Shown piece by piece: positions 1-35,114 of a stretch of DNA of 64,000 nucleotides (position 1 is the first letter of the stretch; each line of letters starts with the position of its first letter). The position numbers and the translations under genes are program-made. Under the pieces are notes generated by a model. It searched no databases. It worked only from the letters and a program-made list of their open reading frames with translations, and was not told the origin of the DNA. Location: assembly GCA_963693365.1 (NCBI GenBank), contig CAVNZM010000005.1:8474334-8538333 (forward strand). The letters are read 5' to 3'. This DNA is from Amoebidium appalachense. Its lineage: Eukaryota > Protista > Ichthyosporea.

Positions 1-266
1 TTTTTTTCTGGTAACATAAAGGAAGCAGTGGGGACATGGGACATGGAGGGAACGTTGTGGAAAGGGGAGGACGGGTGGATGGGGGTGGTGGTGGTGGTGG
101 TGGTGGTGGTGGTTCTACAAAAAAAAAAAAAAAAAAAAAAAAAAAGGTTGGCCGGAGGAAGGGGCGAGGTTGGAACAAGGGGGTTTGGTTCCTTCGGCAA
201 TATGGGTAATTTCAAAATCCCACAACAAAAATCCATTATTTCTGACGGGATATTTCAATATGTCAG

Positions 267-8276
<8,010 letters not shown>

Positions 8277-8325
8277 TTGCTTCAGTGAGGGTTACAGCCC
8301 CACCTCCCTCCCCTCCCCCTCCGCG

Positions 8326-8361
<36 letters not shown>

Positions 8362-9506
8362 TCCTTCTCTCTCTTGTCCTCCCCTCTCCATTCCCTCCCC
8401 TCCTCCCTCTTCGTTTTTGGCTCTCCTCGTTTTCTCCCTCTCATTTCTCTCTCTCCCTACCTCGCTCCCTCCCGTCTCTTTCTCTTCCTTCCTCACCCTC
8501 CCTCTGTCTCACTCCCCATTATGGTTTGATATGTGCCATGCAGGTGTGCGGTGGCAACAGTTATCCATACTGAGACAATACCCACACCGGTCACTGACGA
8601 AGACGCTCACGTGCACATGGGCACGTGCAAGACACATGCACATGCTTGCACGTGCATGCACATTCTGATTGCTGCACTCGGAATCACGGAAACCCGGTGC
8701 GCTTTTCTTCCTTTTCTGGAGTCCATGTTTTTGCAGGAATGTGATTGTTTTTTGTTTTTTTTTGGTGTTTGTGTTTATATATTTGTAGGTAGACTGCTGT
8801 GTATTGCGATCTAGACGCCACAGCACGATCACTATATAGGGAGCATGCGCCAGTTTTTCTGTTGATTGTAAGCCAAATCAAAGTGAGCATGTGGACGGCC
8901 TTTTTTCATATATAGGATGCATGGTACGAAACTTGCTGATTGGATTGCGTTGCCAGTTTATGATTGGTGGAAAGACCCTCTAACTGTTATACAGAGCGTT
9001 TCAGGAAATTTTGGTCATAGAAGAATGAGATTAAAATCTTATCATGTATGGCAAATTGAATGCACGAACACGAATCTGGGGAGCGCTGCACATTGATCTC
9101 CCAAGGTATAAACCGATCTACCAGTCAGTATTGTGATATAGTATAGCATTCTGCTCGCGGAGTATAGGCGGAGCCAAGAAGAAGACAGTCACCTCTGTAA
9201 GGTGAAACGGGATGGGGGGGGAAACGGATCAATGAAATTTTACAAACTTGATGGCATCAATATATGAGCAAGCATGAAGGTCCGGCTCGAAGAAGTGCAC
9301 AAAGGGCAACGTTGATTGAACACCGAATGAGAACCACCCATGCCTTTTGAAAAAAAAAAATTTAAAAAAAATTTAAATTATAAAAAAAAGACCTTGCAAA
9401 GTTTCAATGTTGCGCTGCATGTTGCCACTCGAATTGATGCCTCTATGCAGAGTCCTTCGAATTCCTCACAAAGCTCTTGCCCGCTCCCTCTCTCTGACAC
9501 ACACAC

Positions 9507-9541
<35 letters not shown>

Positions 9542-9947
9542 TAGATCCCTCCCTCACACACACACTCCCCTCCCCCCTCCCCCTCCCCCCGCCCTTCTTT
9601 CTCTTTCTTCTCCCCCCCCCCCCCCCTCCCTCCCCCCCCCCCACCTGACCCCCCCTCCCCGCAAGCACCACCACCACCACCTTTTCCCCAGCTATGTCAC
9701 GCGGCATGTCTGCGGCCAGGCTCCAATCTCACCCCCCCCCCCCCCACCCACCCACCCACCCACCCCAACCCACCCCAGTCATCCCCTCCCAAGGTGTCGC
9801 TCTTCATGAGACCCTTCCCAGCTCCCAATCGGATATCGATAACGAATTAGTTTGTACTTACCCTATATGATCTTTTGGTTCAGGCAATTCATATGCGTTA
9901 TTATTTCCAAATTTTTAGAGCAAGCGGAACCTGCGGGTCCTTTGCGC

Positions 9948-9995
<48 letters not shown>

Positions 9996-10389
9996 TGGTA
10001 CCGGTGGTGGTGGTGGTGGTGTGGGGAGGGGGCAGGGGAGGGAGAGTCACAGTGTACCGCGTGCGCGTATGTGTGTGTGCGCTAGCGCTTGTGCGTGTGC
10101 GTGCGTGTGTGTGTTTGACAGACCGTGTGTGACTGTGCGTGTGAGCCTGTGGGTGTGCGTGTGCGTGTGTTTGTGTGACAACGTGTATTTCTTCTCAGTT
10201 CTGCTCTCGTGTTTGTGGGCGTGTGTTTGTTTGTGTCACGTTTGCATGTTGGTGCTTCGCTTGTGTGTGCAAGTCCATGGCCATGATGGCATTGTGCCCT
10301 TGCCGCCATATGCATATCTGTGTGTGCCTGTGACGTGTGTGTGTGTGTCACTCTGAGGCTCGTGTGTGTGTGTGTAGTGTGTTTGCGTG

Positions 10390-10451
<62 letters not shown>

Positions 10452-10830
10452 CTCGTGTTTGTGATGATGTGCGAGTCAGACTGTGACCTCATTTGTAATC
10501 ATTGACATGCGTCTCACTGAACATGTACGAAACGTTAACACCGCACACTGTGACACAAACATACGCAAATGTGTGGACACACAGCAATACACGTGTGTAG
10601 ACGTAGACCCATGCACGCTATAGGTGCTCATATGCACGAACACGGGACACACACACACACCCATCTATATATGTGCGTTTGTGCGCGTGTGTGGGTGTGT
10701 ATGTACGCGTTTCTGACAGTGTGTGTATGTAATGGAGGAGGCCACTGGCTCCGGTAGTGTTCATTCGAAGGCCTCGGGCTGATGAACATATATCACAGAA
10801 GCCCCCCTCCCCCCGGCCTCAGACCCCCCC

Positions 10831-10861
<31 letters not shown>

Positions 10862-11044
10862 AAAAAAAAAAAAAGAAAATGAAAGAAAAAAGAAAAAAAA
10901 GAAACCAGAAAACAAAAGAAACACACACACACACACACACAAACAAACGCACATGCACACAACCTCCACCACACTCTGCCGGGCCGGGCGGAGCCTCATT
11001 AGTTCTCCTAGATCATAGATCCCTCCCTCCTCCTCCCCCATCCC

Positions 11045-11100
<56 letters not shown>

Positions 11101-11419
11101 TTGTCATGGCTGTCAGTGGCTCTGTCGACGTCTCGAGGGAGTCAGGGTGACACAGAGCACCGATTCGTTTCTTTAGATCCGTAAGTCGGGCCTCACACGT
11201 ACTGACGGTGTGCACGCGCTGCGATGAACTTTACGTTCGCTGCAGGCGTCCGATTTTTCCTTACACCCTCGCGACCGCGTGCATGCTTTCTGTCGCGGCG
11301 CCTCGACGGTTCGATAGAGTCCAGTGTTCGCTGAATGTGTAACGAAAAATAAGGAGCCATCTCAGTAGGTGGCAGAAGTCGGGCTGCAAGCCACTCGGTA
11401 TTCGACATATACAGCTAGC

Positions 11420-11467
11420 CAGGTAATTCTGATATTGCATTCGCAGGTAATTCTGATATTGCATTCG
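11420..11467. repeat. Perfect 24-bp tandem duplication
   Basis: caggtaattctgatattgcattcg occurs twice in tandem. Confidence 0.9.
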
Positions 11468-12049
11468 ACATTGAAGGCTGGCAGCACGTTAAAAAAACAC
11501 AAGATGTGAGTACATGTGTGCGTGATCGACACATCGCGCTATCAACTTGACGAACAGGTTCCTTATGACAGGCACGCGTATGTATGAACACGTGTTCAAG
11601 TCGATCTCTATTTACGGTCGACAACGCCATAACCAGCCCAGCCTGCCCAGGCCGGGCGACGGGCGTGGCTGAGAATGATTGCCAAAGGTCGCCAAAGTGA
11701 CATTTTCCTCGGGTGTGAAGTGTGAACATGAACACTTCCCGAGGCTTTGATCACCGCAAATTCACAGCTACACGTGGCGCCTCCTCGGAGCTGCGCATGA
11801 AGAGCGTACGTGTCCCTATCTAATGCGAAGTGAACGACTCACGATGGCCATATTGGATAAGCACACACGTTTAGTAATGAGAAAAAGCCGCAAGTATATA
11901 AAGCTGGATAAGCCTTTATAGGTCTAAGAACCTTGAAGAAAGTTCAAGGGAGGGGGAAAAAACGCAACGAAATGATTTTGGCAAGTTGCGTAGATGCGGT
12001 GTTGTTTTGTTGGATTCCAGAGAAGATTCAAAAAATTAGCAAAACATGA

Positions 12050-12520
12050 ACTCTACGCCAATCAAATGATAGATAGAAGATGCAAATAGCGTTCTGATTG
12101 GATAGCCTACAGAGGTGGGCGTAATAGCCTTATTTGGGCTGGCAACGACAGTGTTACGAAGGCTTTAATTGGCGTGAGGTATTCCAAAATAGAATTTAGC
12201 GGGGCGTATGTGATTCGTGCACATTCTTATCATGGTTAGGATCTACATGATAAAGAGTAGAACAGGAGAAGACCTCTTTGATAAAATGTGTTGAAAATAT
12301 TTGACACAGCACACAGGTATAAAAAAAAACCTAAAAATATATTTCCGGTATTATTCGGAAGAGTTTAAAGAAAAACATGTACAGTTTTACCCATACAGAT
12401 AGGCATGTGAATATCCCGTCAGTCAGAGTGGCTTCCCAGCGCGCCACTAACACATTTCTATTGGATATAGGTCATTCGCATATTTTGCGAATCGTTTCCA
12501 GGCTGCGCCTATTGGTCGTT
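12050..12520. promoter_or_regulatory. CCAAT-box cluster; putative promoter of the Puf gene, possibly bidirectional
   Basis: CCAAT at 12058 and ATTGG at 12097, 12168, 12460 and 12511, inside a microsatellite-free island. Confidence 0.4.
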
Positions 12521-13925
12521 TGTGGTGAGCAGGCGCGGGCCTTTCTGTTCATTCTGCGGGTGCCCAACTCGGGTGACGCGGACGTACGCAGAGCTCCTAC
12601 TCAAAGAAAATTTCCTGGGTGGGACCAAAAAAAAAGGGGGGAGCAAAATTAAAGGTTGGGCTTACCCTTGTTACCTTAGATGCTTTGTATTTGCGCCGGC
12701 GTTTCTTGGGTTTTTTGGCGAGAAGCAGGGCACGGATCTTGTGCCATTTAGGTTGAATGCACCTCTTGAGCTGTCGTGTCGAGGGGCGTCAAGGGGTAGA
12801 CGTAAGCTGTGTTAGTGTCTGTGTGTAGTTGAATTCAAGGGCAAGGGAGATACCCCTTTCTCATGGGAAAGATAACAAAACGCTCGGTAGGGTATCAGGA
12901 TACAAGGATCATTTGACAAAACAGGAATCGCTTCTGTAAACGTCTTCTTCTCGGTGCACCTATGACGTAGATGTGGTAGATTCGTGAATCGCTGTTATGA
13001 TTCATTGGTGTCTCCCTTCTGCCAAGCTGTACTCCTATCAACTTCACATACTTATTGTTTGAGTGGTTTATATACAACGTTTTGTATTAGCTGTGACTTT
13101 ATGAGTGTGGATCGTGCTGCTACTGATCTCGTGTGTCAATTTAGACGTGGGTTTCGGAACCTAGATGTGTGTGGGGAACCTGGATCCTCCTGGATGCAGG
13201 GACCTGCTGTGCACATCCTTTATTACAAAACAGTTCTAATGCAGCGGTACATTTTCATTGTTTCTTGGTTTTCCTGATAATCCGTATTAGCCGCATAGAT
13301 TTTTTACCCCACAAGAACTGACATCCACGTCATTTGGTGACAGGTGGACCGGATGCTCCAAGCAGGCCACCGGAGGGGTACCCCGACCTTTTTTTGTTAT
13401 CATGTGCCGCAAGGACATATAAACTAGGTGGGTGTTTCCAGCTATGAAAATTGTATGCAAGTTTTGTTATGGAAACGTTGGATATTGGTCAGGCATGGGT
13501 TCGTAGTCACGTGTCATGCAATTGTTTTGGCAGGGGTTCACCGCATGGTTATGCCCCAAGCAGTGTGATTTGCTTCGATGGAAAGGCCACCTGCTTGCCA
13601 CACCCAAGACTATATACACCCGACTAAGGAAATCAGTGCAGAACTTTTAAATCTGTCGTGGCGTCAAGGGGTGGTGGGGGGGGGAGGGGGTTGGAAATGG
13701 GGGTGGGGATGCGGGAAGGAGGGGGGAGGGAGGGGGGGGAATGAGAGAGCAAGGGGTGAGAAGGGCACGCATATGAAAACGGAGGCACCGGGCTAAACTG
13801 CATTCTTGGTGTTTGTGGGGGGGGAGGACATGGGTTTGCATTGAACGCAGGCCGTCGGCCGGCACGAATGTGCATAACCATCAATGGGTGCACTGACGGC
13901 TATGAAAGGTGATTTTGCAATTTGC

Positions 13926-14200
13926 GCTCACGAGATGTTGTCATTCGGCAGTTAGATGCAAAATTAAACGGCCAGCTTTAATATTAAGCAGGTAGAATAA
14001 AAAAGTCAACCAGCGGCTTTTGTGAAATATCTAAAGGGCAATCTGAAATTTGCGCAGTGAAATGTCCGATGCTCAGAGATGTGGTCGATTGGCAGTTAGA
14101 TGGAAAAATACACGGCCATCTTATTATTATGCAAATAGAAATAAAAATAAAAAAGTCAACCGCCGGCTTTTGCAAAAGATCTAAAGGGCAAACTGCGATA
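13926..14200. repeat. Diverged tandem duplication with a ~145-bp period
   Basis: gctca.gagatgt.gtc..ggcagttagatg..acggcca..aataaaaaagtcaacc..cggcttttg..atctaaagggcaa occurs at 13926 and 14071. Confidence 0.8.
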
Positions 14201-14797
14201 TCCCATCACAAGCGTTCAACAGTGGCACCCGGTGCAGTCTTTGCTCCAGACCGCCCAAAGACTAATCCGTGATGGTGAACATCATGGGGTGTAAGCAAGA
14301 AAAAGTGCACCATGTATATAGAATGTGCGATATATTTCTTCTTCTATAGTATCTATCGAGTATATGTATATATTTGGTATGCAATTGATAAATTACATTC
14401 CATAATTGCACCACTGCGTCCGATCTCCTTACCAATCTGTCCCTTTTCTTGTTCCAAGCATTTAAAATGAGGGAATTCATCCTACTAGATGAAAGAGGCA
14501 ATAAAGGAGCCGGTTGAAGGGGAGAGGAGGGGATAACATCTTGCTTTCTAGATGTGACATGAAAAACCGCAATTTTTCTCCATTATTTTCTTGGTAAACA
14601 ATGTGATAGCTATGCCTTACCTATCAGAGTACACTGTTTCTACTGTAAAAGCCACAACTGCTGTGCTGGTTTTTCCAGTAAAATTCATGCATTTGCTGTT
14701 GAACACTTTCCTTCTTGGTTCAGCTGGGAAGTGACCACATTTCATGGGCATGGTGTTTTACGAAAAGGTATTTACATTTTTATATATTGATCGGGCC

Positions 14798-14829
<32 letters not shown>

Positions 14830-15651
14830 TGAACAAGGTGAAAAGTGGTAACCTCGCAAGGGATTTGTTTGTTATTATTATTAAAAATAGCGTGCCTATG
14901 TTGAGTGAGCTGCGCCGTTTCGGATTGAGTCGATAGCCGATAGAGCTCACTGCGCCTCAAATTTGAAGAAAAAGCTTAAGATCGGAAGGAAGAAACTTTT
15001 AAAGTTCTGTGTGCTTATGTTGAGGGTGCCTGTTCACACACGCTGCTGCTAGCACTAGGTACAGCCATTCGACACACGTGCAGGCCTCGGGCCTCGTCAC
15101 TTGATGGGTTGCACGGTATTTTATTAATTGTTTTTTTTTGTTTTTTTAAAGTATATTCTCCAAGAAAAAAAGATGCTGCTGATAGAGCTTCCTTGTTACT
15201 GTATACATTTGAAGGAACACATACATTTTTTTAATGTCAATGTCAAATTGTCCTCGTGGTCATGTGTTCTTTCCCACTACACGACATGCATGTGGTTCCC
15301 TAATAAAACCCAGAAAGAAAGGTGGGGGGGAAAAGAAGATAAGAAATGCAAAATGATCGAGGAAGTCGAGTGAGGGGATCAACAATTGAGTGCAATTTAG
15401 ATGCATTGTGTGGAAGACAGGCACAAAAGAGGAAAGAGTGGGGCTGGAGGAGGGGAGGGAGGTGGGGGGGGGGGGGGGGGGGGGAGGGGGGGGGAATGTT
15501 TGCTGATGCTCAGATGTGTTGCGGTGTGTTTGTGTGTGCGTGCACATGTGCACGTGCATGAAACGAGGGCTTGGGCATGGCAGCATATTTTTCAACACCA
15601 CGAAAAACAAGCCAAAGGATATTTCCACAGGTACTAACATTTGGTTCCCGC

Positions 15652-15700
<49 letters not shown>

Positions 15701-15995
15701 CAGGTATCTTCGCCGCCTTCTTTTTTTTCCGGCGACAGGCCCATTTTTCTATTACGTCCAACCAGGGCCGCCAACAAATCGGCCCCTGTTGAAAAGTTTT
15801 CTCAAACTTTTAAATTTAATCGTTCTTAAAAGCCACCGTTTTGTAAGGCAGGGGATAGCAGACCCTCTGCCACACCACCCTGTCTCAACCAATCACAAGC
15901 GAGGGCGCTGCCACCGGCTCCGCCGAAGCACCAACCATGGGACCCTCTGCACAAACACCACCTGTGAATCCCCCTTCGTGGCCAACTGAAATAAC

Positions 15996-16036
<41 letters not shown>

Positions 16037-16586
16037 AAAAAAAAAAAAGAAGAAGAAGAAGAAGAAGAAGACGAAGAAGAAAAGGAAGAGAGACGTTTAG
16101 TTGTGGAAGCATAAGAATTCCGGTAATCACGGGCCCTATGTACATTCTGACTACACTTACTTCTACTGATTAGTACCCAGGTTGTTGTCTTATAGACAGA
16201 CAACAACATCAGCAAAAAAAAAAGGGGGGGAAAGATAGAAAGGAGGAAAAGAAGGAAATGACACCACGAACGAAAAAAAGCCATCACTCAATATGGCTCC
16301 TCTATCATCTGGCACAACACAAGGCCATTGTAGAGACACTTAGGCGCTGTTGAAATCCGTTCTTCCCCCCCTTCTAATGTAGAGCTGCATTTCCGATCAT
16401 GGATGACACTGTTCACCCGAAACACAGAGGGCCTAGTCTCCGCGCGCCGGGGGGGGGGGGGGGGGGTTGCTCGGCATATCCCCTCGTTGTTATATCAGGT
16501 ACACGGAGATCGGGGTTTTTGGTAGAAAATTGTTCTTGGGCTCTATCTGATCAACCCCAATTTTTTTTTCTTAGGGCGATGCAAAT

Positions 16587-30376
<13,790 letters not shown>

Positions 30377-30755
30377 AGGGAAACATCACATACAAGTAGC
30401 ACGTGCATATACAATCACACAGACATGCACACACACACGCAGGCACACACAGGCACACACATGCACACGTACGTAGCACGTTGGCACATACACAGACAAC
30501 ATGTGCGTGTCTTCTAACGTAGTTGAATGCGCATGCACACTGGAAGATCGAGATACCAGTACATGCACGCATACACGCGCATGTGTCGGCTCATCCGCAA
30601 CATGTAAAAGAAAGGACGGAAGGAAGGCAAAATCAAAGGAAGAAAGAAACACAAAGCTACGTACACCCAGCATCCTGCTCACACACAAACATATGCATTA
30701 GCGCGTGCACACACACAGCCGCACATGCACGCACGCGCGCGCGCGCACACACACA

Positions 30756-30796
<41 letters not shown>

Positions 30797-33295
30797 GCTA
30801 GCAAGCAAACAAGCACATCAACTGCGGCGATTCCTTGACGACCTGAATTTGGGCTTTTGTAGATACCCTTAGATTGCATGGCTGTTCCGATAATTTAGAA
30901 CGAGGCGGATGAGAGAGCAGGGACGAAGATCGAAGCAAACAAACGCAAAAAGAAAAGTGGTGGTGGTGGTGGTGGTGGTGGTGGGGGAGGAGGAGGAGGA
31001 GGGGGGGGGGGGAGGGGGGGGAGGGGGGGGGGAGGGGGGAATAAATACATTCAAGAAAATGATAAAAAAGAGGGAGGAGATGGATGGAACTGGAATGATG
31101 ATGGCACGTCGTCAAAGGCGGATGAAAACGTGTTGTAATTTGATTGTACGTTGTACGTACCTTAGCTCTAGTGTTGTTTGCTGTGGAGAAGGGAAACATA
31201 TTGGACACTTTAGGCTAGAATTAGTTTGGGTATGATACATGCCGCTGGCAAAAGCAGGGGCGATTAGTGTGCTATTTATCTAGTTAGCAAGGTGCTGGTT
31301 AGGAATTAGCCAAAGGTAGGCTAAGCGGAACTTATGAGCGGTTTCAATGTTTTTGCTCATTGAAACTCGTGTTTTTTTGTGCCTTTTTTGGTAGCTTAGG
31401 TAAGTTTTGTTGTTGTTGTTGGATGTAATTTGTATACGAGTGCTTGGCACTCTTTTTCTTAAGTTGTGCAGATGTCTGTTTACAGCTTGGTGACTTGGTG
31501 ACTGACGATGGATTTTGGGGTACCGGTGTACATAAAGTCAATTTCCGTCTTTCAAGTTGGTGTTTTTTGCTTGAGTTTTCCTCCCTCCCTACTCCCCCCC
31601 CCCCCCCCCCCAAAAAAAAAAAAAAAAAAAAAAAAAAAACAAAAAAACAACAACACCTCCCCTCTTTTCCCTCCCCCTCCCCCCCCCCCCCCCCCCCCCC
31701 CCCCTGCTCTCCCCCCCTCCGCTGCCGCGCTCCCCCTCCACACACCACCGGCCACCACCACTGACCACCACCCGCGCTCACACACACACATCATGATGAC
31801 TTCAAATTGGTCTCTGACCGAGATCCTTTTGCCTACACATTTGCTCGACGGTTTCCTGCAGCTGTTAAACGTTTAAATTTGTGCAAGTTGTTGCAGGTAA
31901 CACCGTTCTAAAACGAACAGTTTTGCAGACTGTCCTGAGAACGAATTAGAAGGCTTAACTCAAATCCCCCCCCCCCCCCCCCCCCCCCCCTCCCGCCCTC
32001 CCGCCCTCCCCCCCACGTCACGTACAAGCACGTCACACACACATGCACACGTGGTGAAAGGCGGTACGGGTACACAGCACACGTACTGCACTCGATTACA
32101 CACAATTCACACAAACGTTTAACACACAGCGCATGCACAACACTTGTGCATCGTCCGCACAAACTTTCAGATCTAGAAGGCCGCCAAATCGTGGGGAGTC
32201 CTCCCGGAGATCAACGGCTGCAGGGCACATCCGCCGGGCTCACGTGCGCGGGGGGGATGTTTTTCGTGGGGAGAGTGTTACCGTTAGAGGAATTTCTACT
32301 AATGTGCACATTGCATACACCAATCCTGCCCAAGTTAGCTCGCTCTGTGTCTAGTGGGGACGCCGTCCAAAGATGACCTAGGCATGGCGCCGCCGTGCAC
32401 GGTCTGTAACACGTAGGTGAGTGAAAAGCGTACGCGTGAAAGGCAACCCGGTAGATTTATTGCGTTTATTTAGTGGGTCTAAGATTTACCGTATGACGTC
32501 ACATCGGCCTCATGTCGACCATGTATTGTACGTGTGATGGTGATCGCTTTGTCAAGGTGCTGCTATGTAACAGTAAATCACACTTTCGTGAGATTTTTCG
32601 GCATTCACGAAGCTCTGTGTAAGCTTTGAGCACTTGTGTGCTTCTAGCGCGTCTGGCCTAGCCAGTACATAGAAGAACCAGAAGCAAAGCGCGCTAATCG
32701 ACAATAGAGCCACTGGGATCTATTCCCTTTCATCTGATTGGCTAACCTGGCTCAGATCTAGAATTTATTCGATCTATTCGAATTCTACAAATCTCACACA
32801 AAGATGCCAAGTTGCGCCACACGGTAAGGAAGCGGAAAAGCACATCTTGCATACATGTTGGCACCGTGAGCTTTGCAGAGGCAGAGGTAGATAACGAAGT
32901 GGCGACAGATTTAGAGTTAGAACATGCCTTTCATGACGACCGGCCGTCGAGCGCTTGGCTATGTACAGTAATCTCTCATACACAACACAAAGTAGATGGT
33001 GGTCACCTTTGGCTGGCCCTTCATATTTTTCGTCGTATTGGTTTTGGTGCCTCACTTGCAACTGCCTCGCTATTTTATGTTGTAAGAATATAAACTCTTT
33101 TAGAAGCATTTTAAGATACCACAGGGAGAAACCCTCAGCCCTGTCACTCGCCTACATATCGATCTTCTATCACCACAAACACACCTTGAGGGGCAAACAC
33201 GGGCAAGTCTAAACACTGTGACTTCAAGTTAAACCAGTTCCCAAAAGTTTTTGAACGCATCCCGTGCATTCAGGCTATAGTAAAAGCAGTTGAAA

Positions 33296-34084
33296 ATGCC
33301 CGACTATGGCAGGTTACAAAACCCATTCGGCGGCCGAAGTGTCCCAACTTTCCCTTCGAATTCTCGGGCTAACCAGGCATGCGGTGGGCTCCCAACCCAG
33401 ACACACGCAGAGAAATTATCGCGGCCACCCACCCCCTTTTCAGAGCCTGCGGAAATTCGTGTCCCGTGCCTACTAATTACCCCACCACATCGATGCCATT
33501 CCGACTCATCTTTCGTTGCACAGAAAAATCTGCTAATGCCACCACACGTTAACGTTCACTTTGAAGCCTGCATCTACCAACACACTCCAACTTTTATATA
33601 CCCCGAAACCCACCCCGAAAACATATCTACAAACCTTACCACCACACCTATTCGCCAGAGCAAGGTGGGTGGTTACGCGGCCGGCCACCCACACCATCGC
33701 GAACCACTAAACGAGATTTTAAGCACGTTAATAAAATTTTTAGGTTTTACTCGAGCCGTATTTTTGGTGTCTCTGGTTTACAAACAACGCCTAGAGGCTG
33801 TGCTTGGGCCTATACAAATTAGCGGGCTGGATTTCAGTTTGTGTGAGGTTTGCACGACTGTTGCAACGCTTATTCTTGCCAGCAAGCACTTGGAAGATAT
33901 CAATTACACAAACAGGAGGTGGGCAGAGGTCTCTGGCATCCCGTCGGAGCATTTGAACGAGGTGGAGTTGCTTGTGTTCAAGTGCCTGGGCTATGATTTA
34001 AATGTTTCCCCGGAAGAGTTAGCGTCCCTCGGGTATGCATACCACAATTTGTTAAACGTAGCGATTGCGACTAATGAGATGTAA
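33296..34084 (+). CDS. Pho80/Pcl/CNPPD1-like cyclin, intronless (262 aa from the ATG at 33296)
   Basis: Uninterrupted non-repetitive ORF with a cyclin box: FLVSLVYKQRL ... LILASKHLEDINYTNRRWAEVSG ... LNEVELLVFKCLGYDLNVSPEE. Confidence 0.85.
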   Translation: MPDYGRLQNPFGGRSVPTFPSNSRANQACGGLPTQTHAEKLSRPPTPFSEPAEIRVPCLLITPPHRCHSDSSFVAQKNLLMPPHVNVHFEACIYQHTPTFIYPETHPENISTNLTTTPIRQSKVGGYAAGHPHHREPLNEILSTLIKFLGFTRAVFLVSLVYKQRLEAVLGPIQISGLDFSLCEVCTTVATLILASKHLEDINYTNRRWAEVSGIPSEHLNEVELLVFKCLGYDLNVSPEELASLGYAYHNLLNVAIATNEM

Positions 34085-34298
34085 TAGAGACTGTATTAAC
34101 TACTACGAATGTAAGCATTTACGCAATATCTCGGGTATGTAGGTCCATGTCCCATGTTACAAATTGTACGGGATTACACCACTGTACATGTGCCGATGTG
34201 TGTTCATGTTTGTCTATGTGGTTGTGTGGGTGGGGCTGGGGGGGGGGGGGTGCGGGGGGGTGTGAGGGGGGGGGGGGAGGGGCCCCGGGTGTGTGTGT

Positions 34299-34329
<31 letters not shown>

Positions 34330-34538
34330 GGGGGAGAGGGGGTAGAAAAGCCGCTGCGATGATGTCGAAAATAAACGGTAAGACGAGGCGCTGGCAATAC
34401 GAAAAGGTCTTGAATTAAACGATCTTTCAAATCCGAATATAGGCAGGGTCCATCACAAACGAAATGATATCCACCCCAAAGAAAGCATAGCCCCTTACAC
34501 ACTTTGGCCTCTTCTTGCCCCGCCTTCTTTCCTCCCCC

Positions 34539-34569
<31 letters not shown>

Positions 34570-34608
34570 ACCACCATCAATTGCAACAACAGAAACAATG
34601 ATAAGGAC

Positions 34609-34640
<32 letters not shown>

Positions 34641-35033
34641 ACACACACATGCGCACATGCAACACACACACACACACACACGTGCATGCACGCACACATG
34701 CACACGCGCACACACGAACTTACACACGGGCGCACACACGCATGCACACACACGCACACACACACACACATAGTACACGCACACACGCACACACAGAACA
34801 TACTGTTCATGGTTCACATATTCGGAATTATGTTACCGTAATGCGCTCGGTTTGTCGAGCTAAACACGGGGCGGTAAGGGTTGGAAGGTGGGGAGGGATG
34901 TTATTTTTTTTTCTTTTTTTTTTTTTCCATAGTGCTATGGTGTGTGTGTGTGTGTGCGCGTGCGTGTGCGTGTCCCGAGGCTCTCTCTCTCTCTGCTCTC
35001 TCTCTGCTCTCTCCCCTCTCTCTCTCTCTTTCT

Positions 35034-35114
<81 letters not shown>

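Noticed and set aside
10793-11735. Minus-strand ORFs suggesting a gene between ADCK1 and Puf
   Set aside because: No recognisable domain and no phase-consistent exon chain could be built.
31526-31533. TGTACATA Pumilio element downstream of the Puf stop codon (autoregulation?)
   Set aside because: A single 8-mer in TGTA-rich sequence, the 3' UTR extent is unknown, and it is the PUM/Puf3-type rather than the Puf4-type site.
32774-33212. Overlapping short ORFs upstream of the cyclin
   Set aside because: No homology or splice evidence; probably promoter or 5' UTR sequence.
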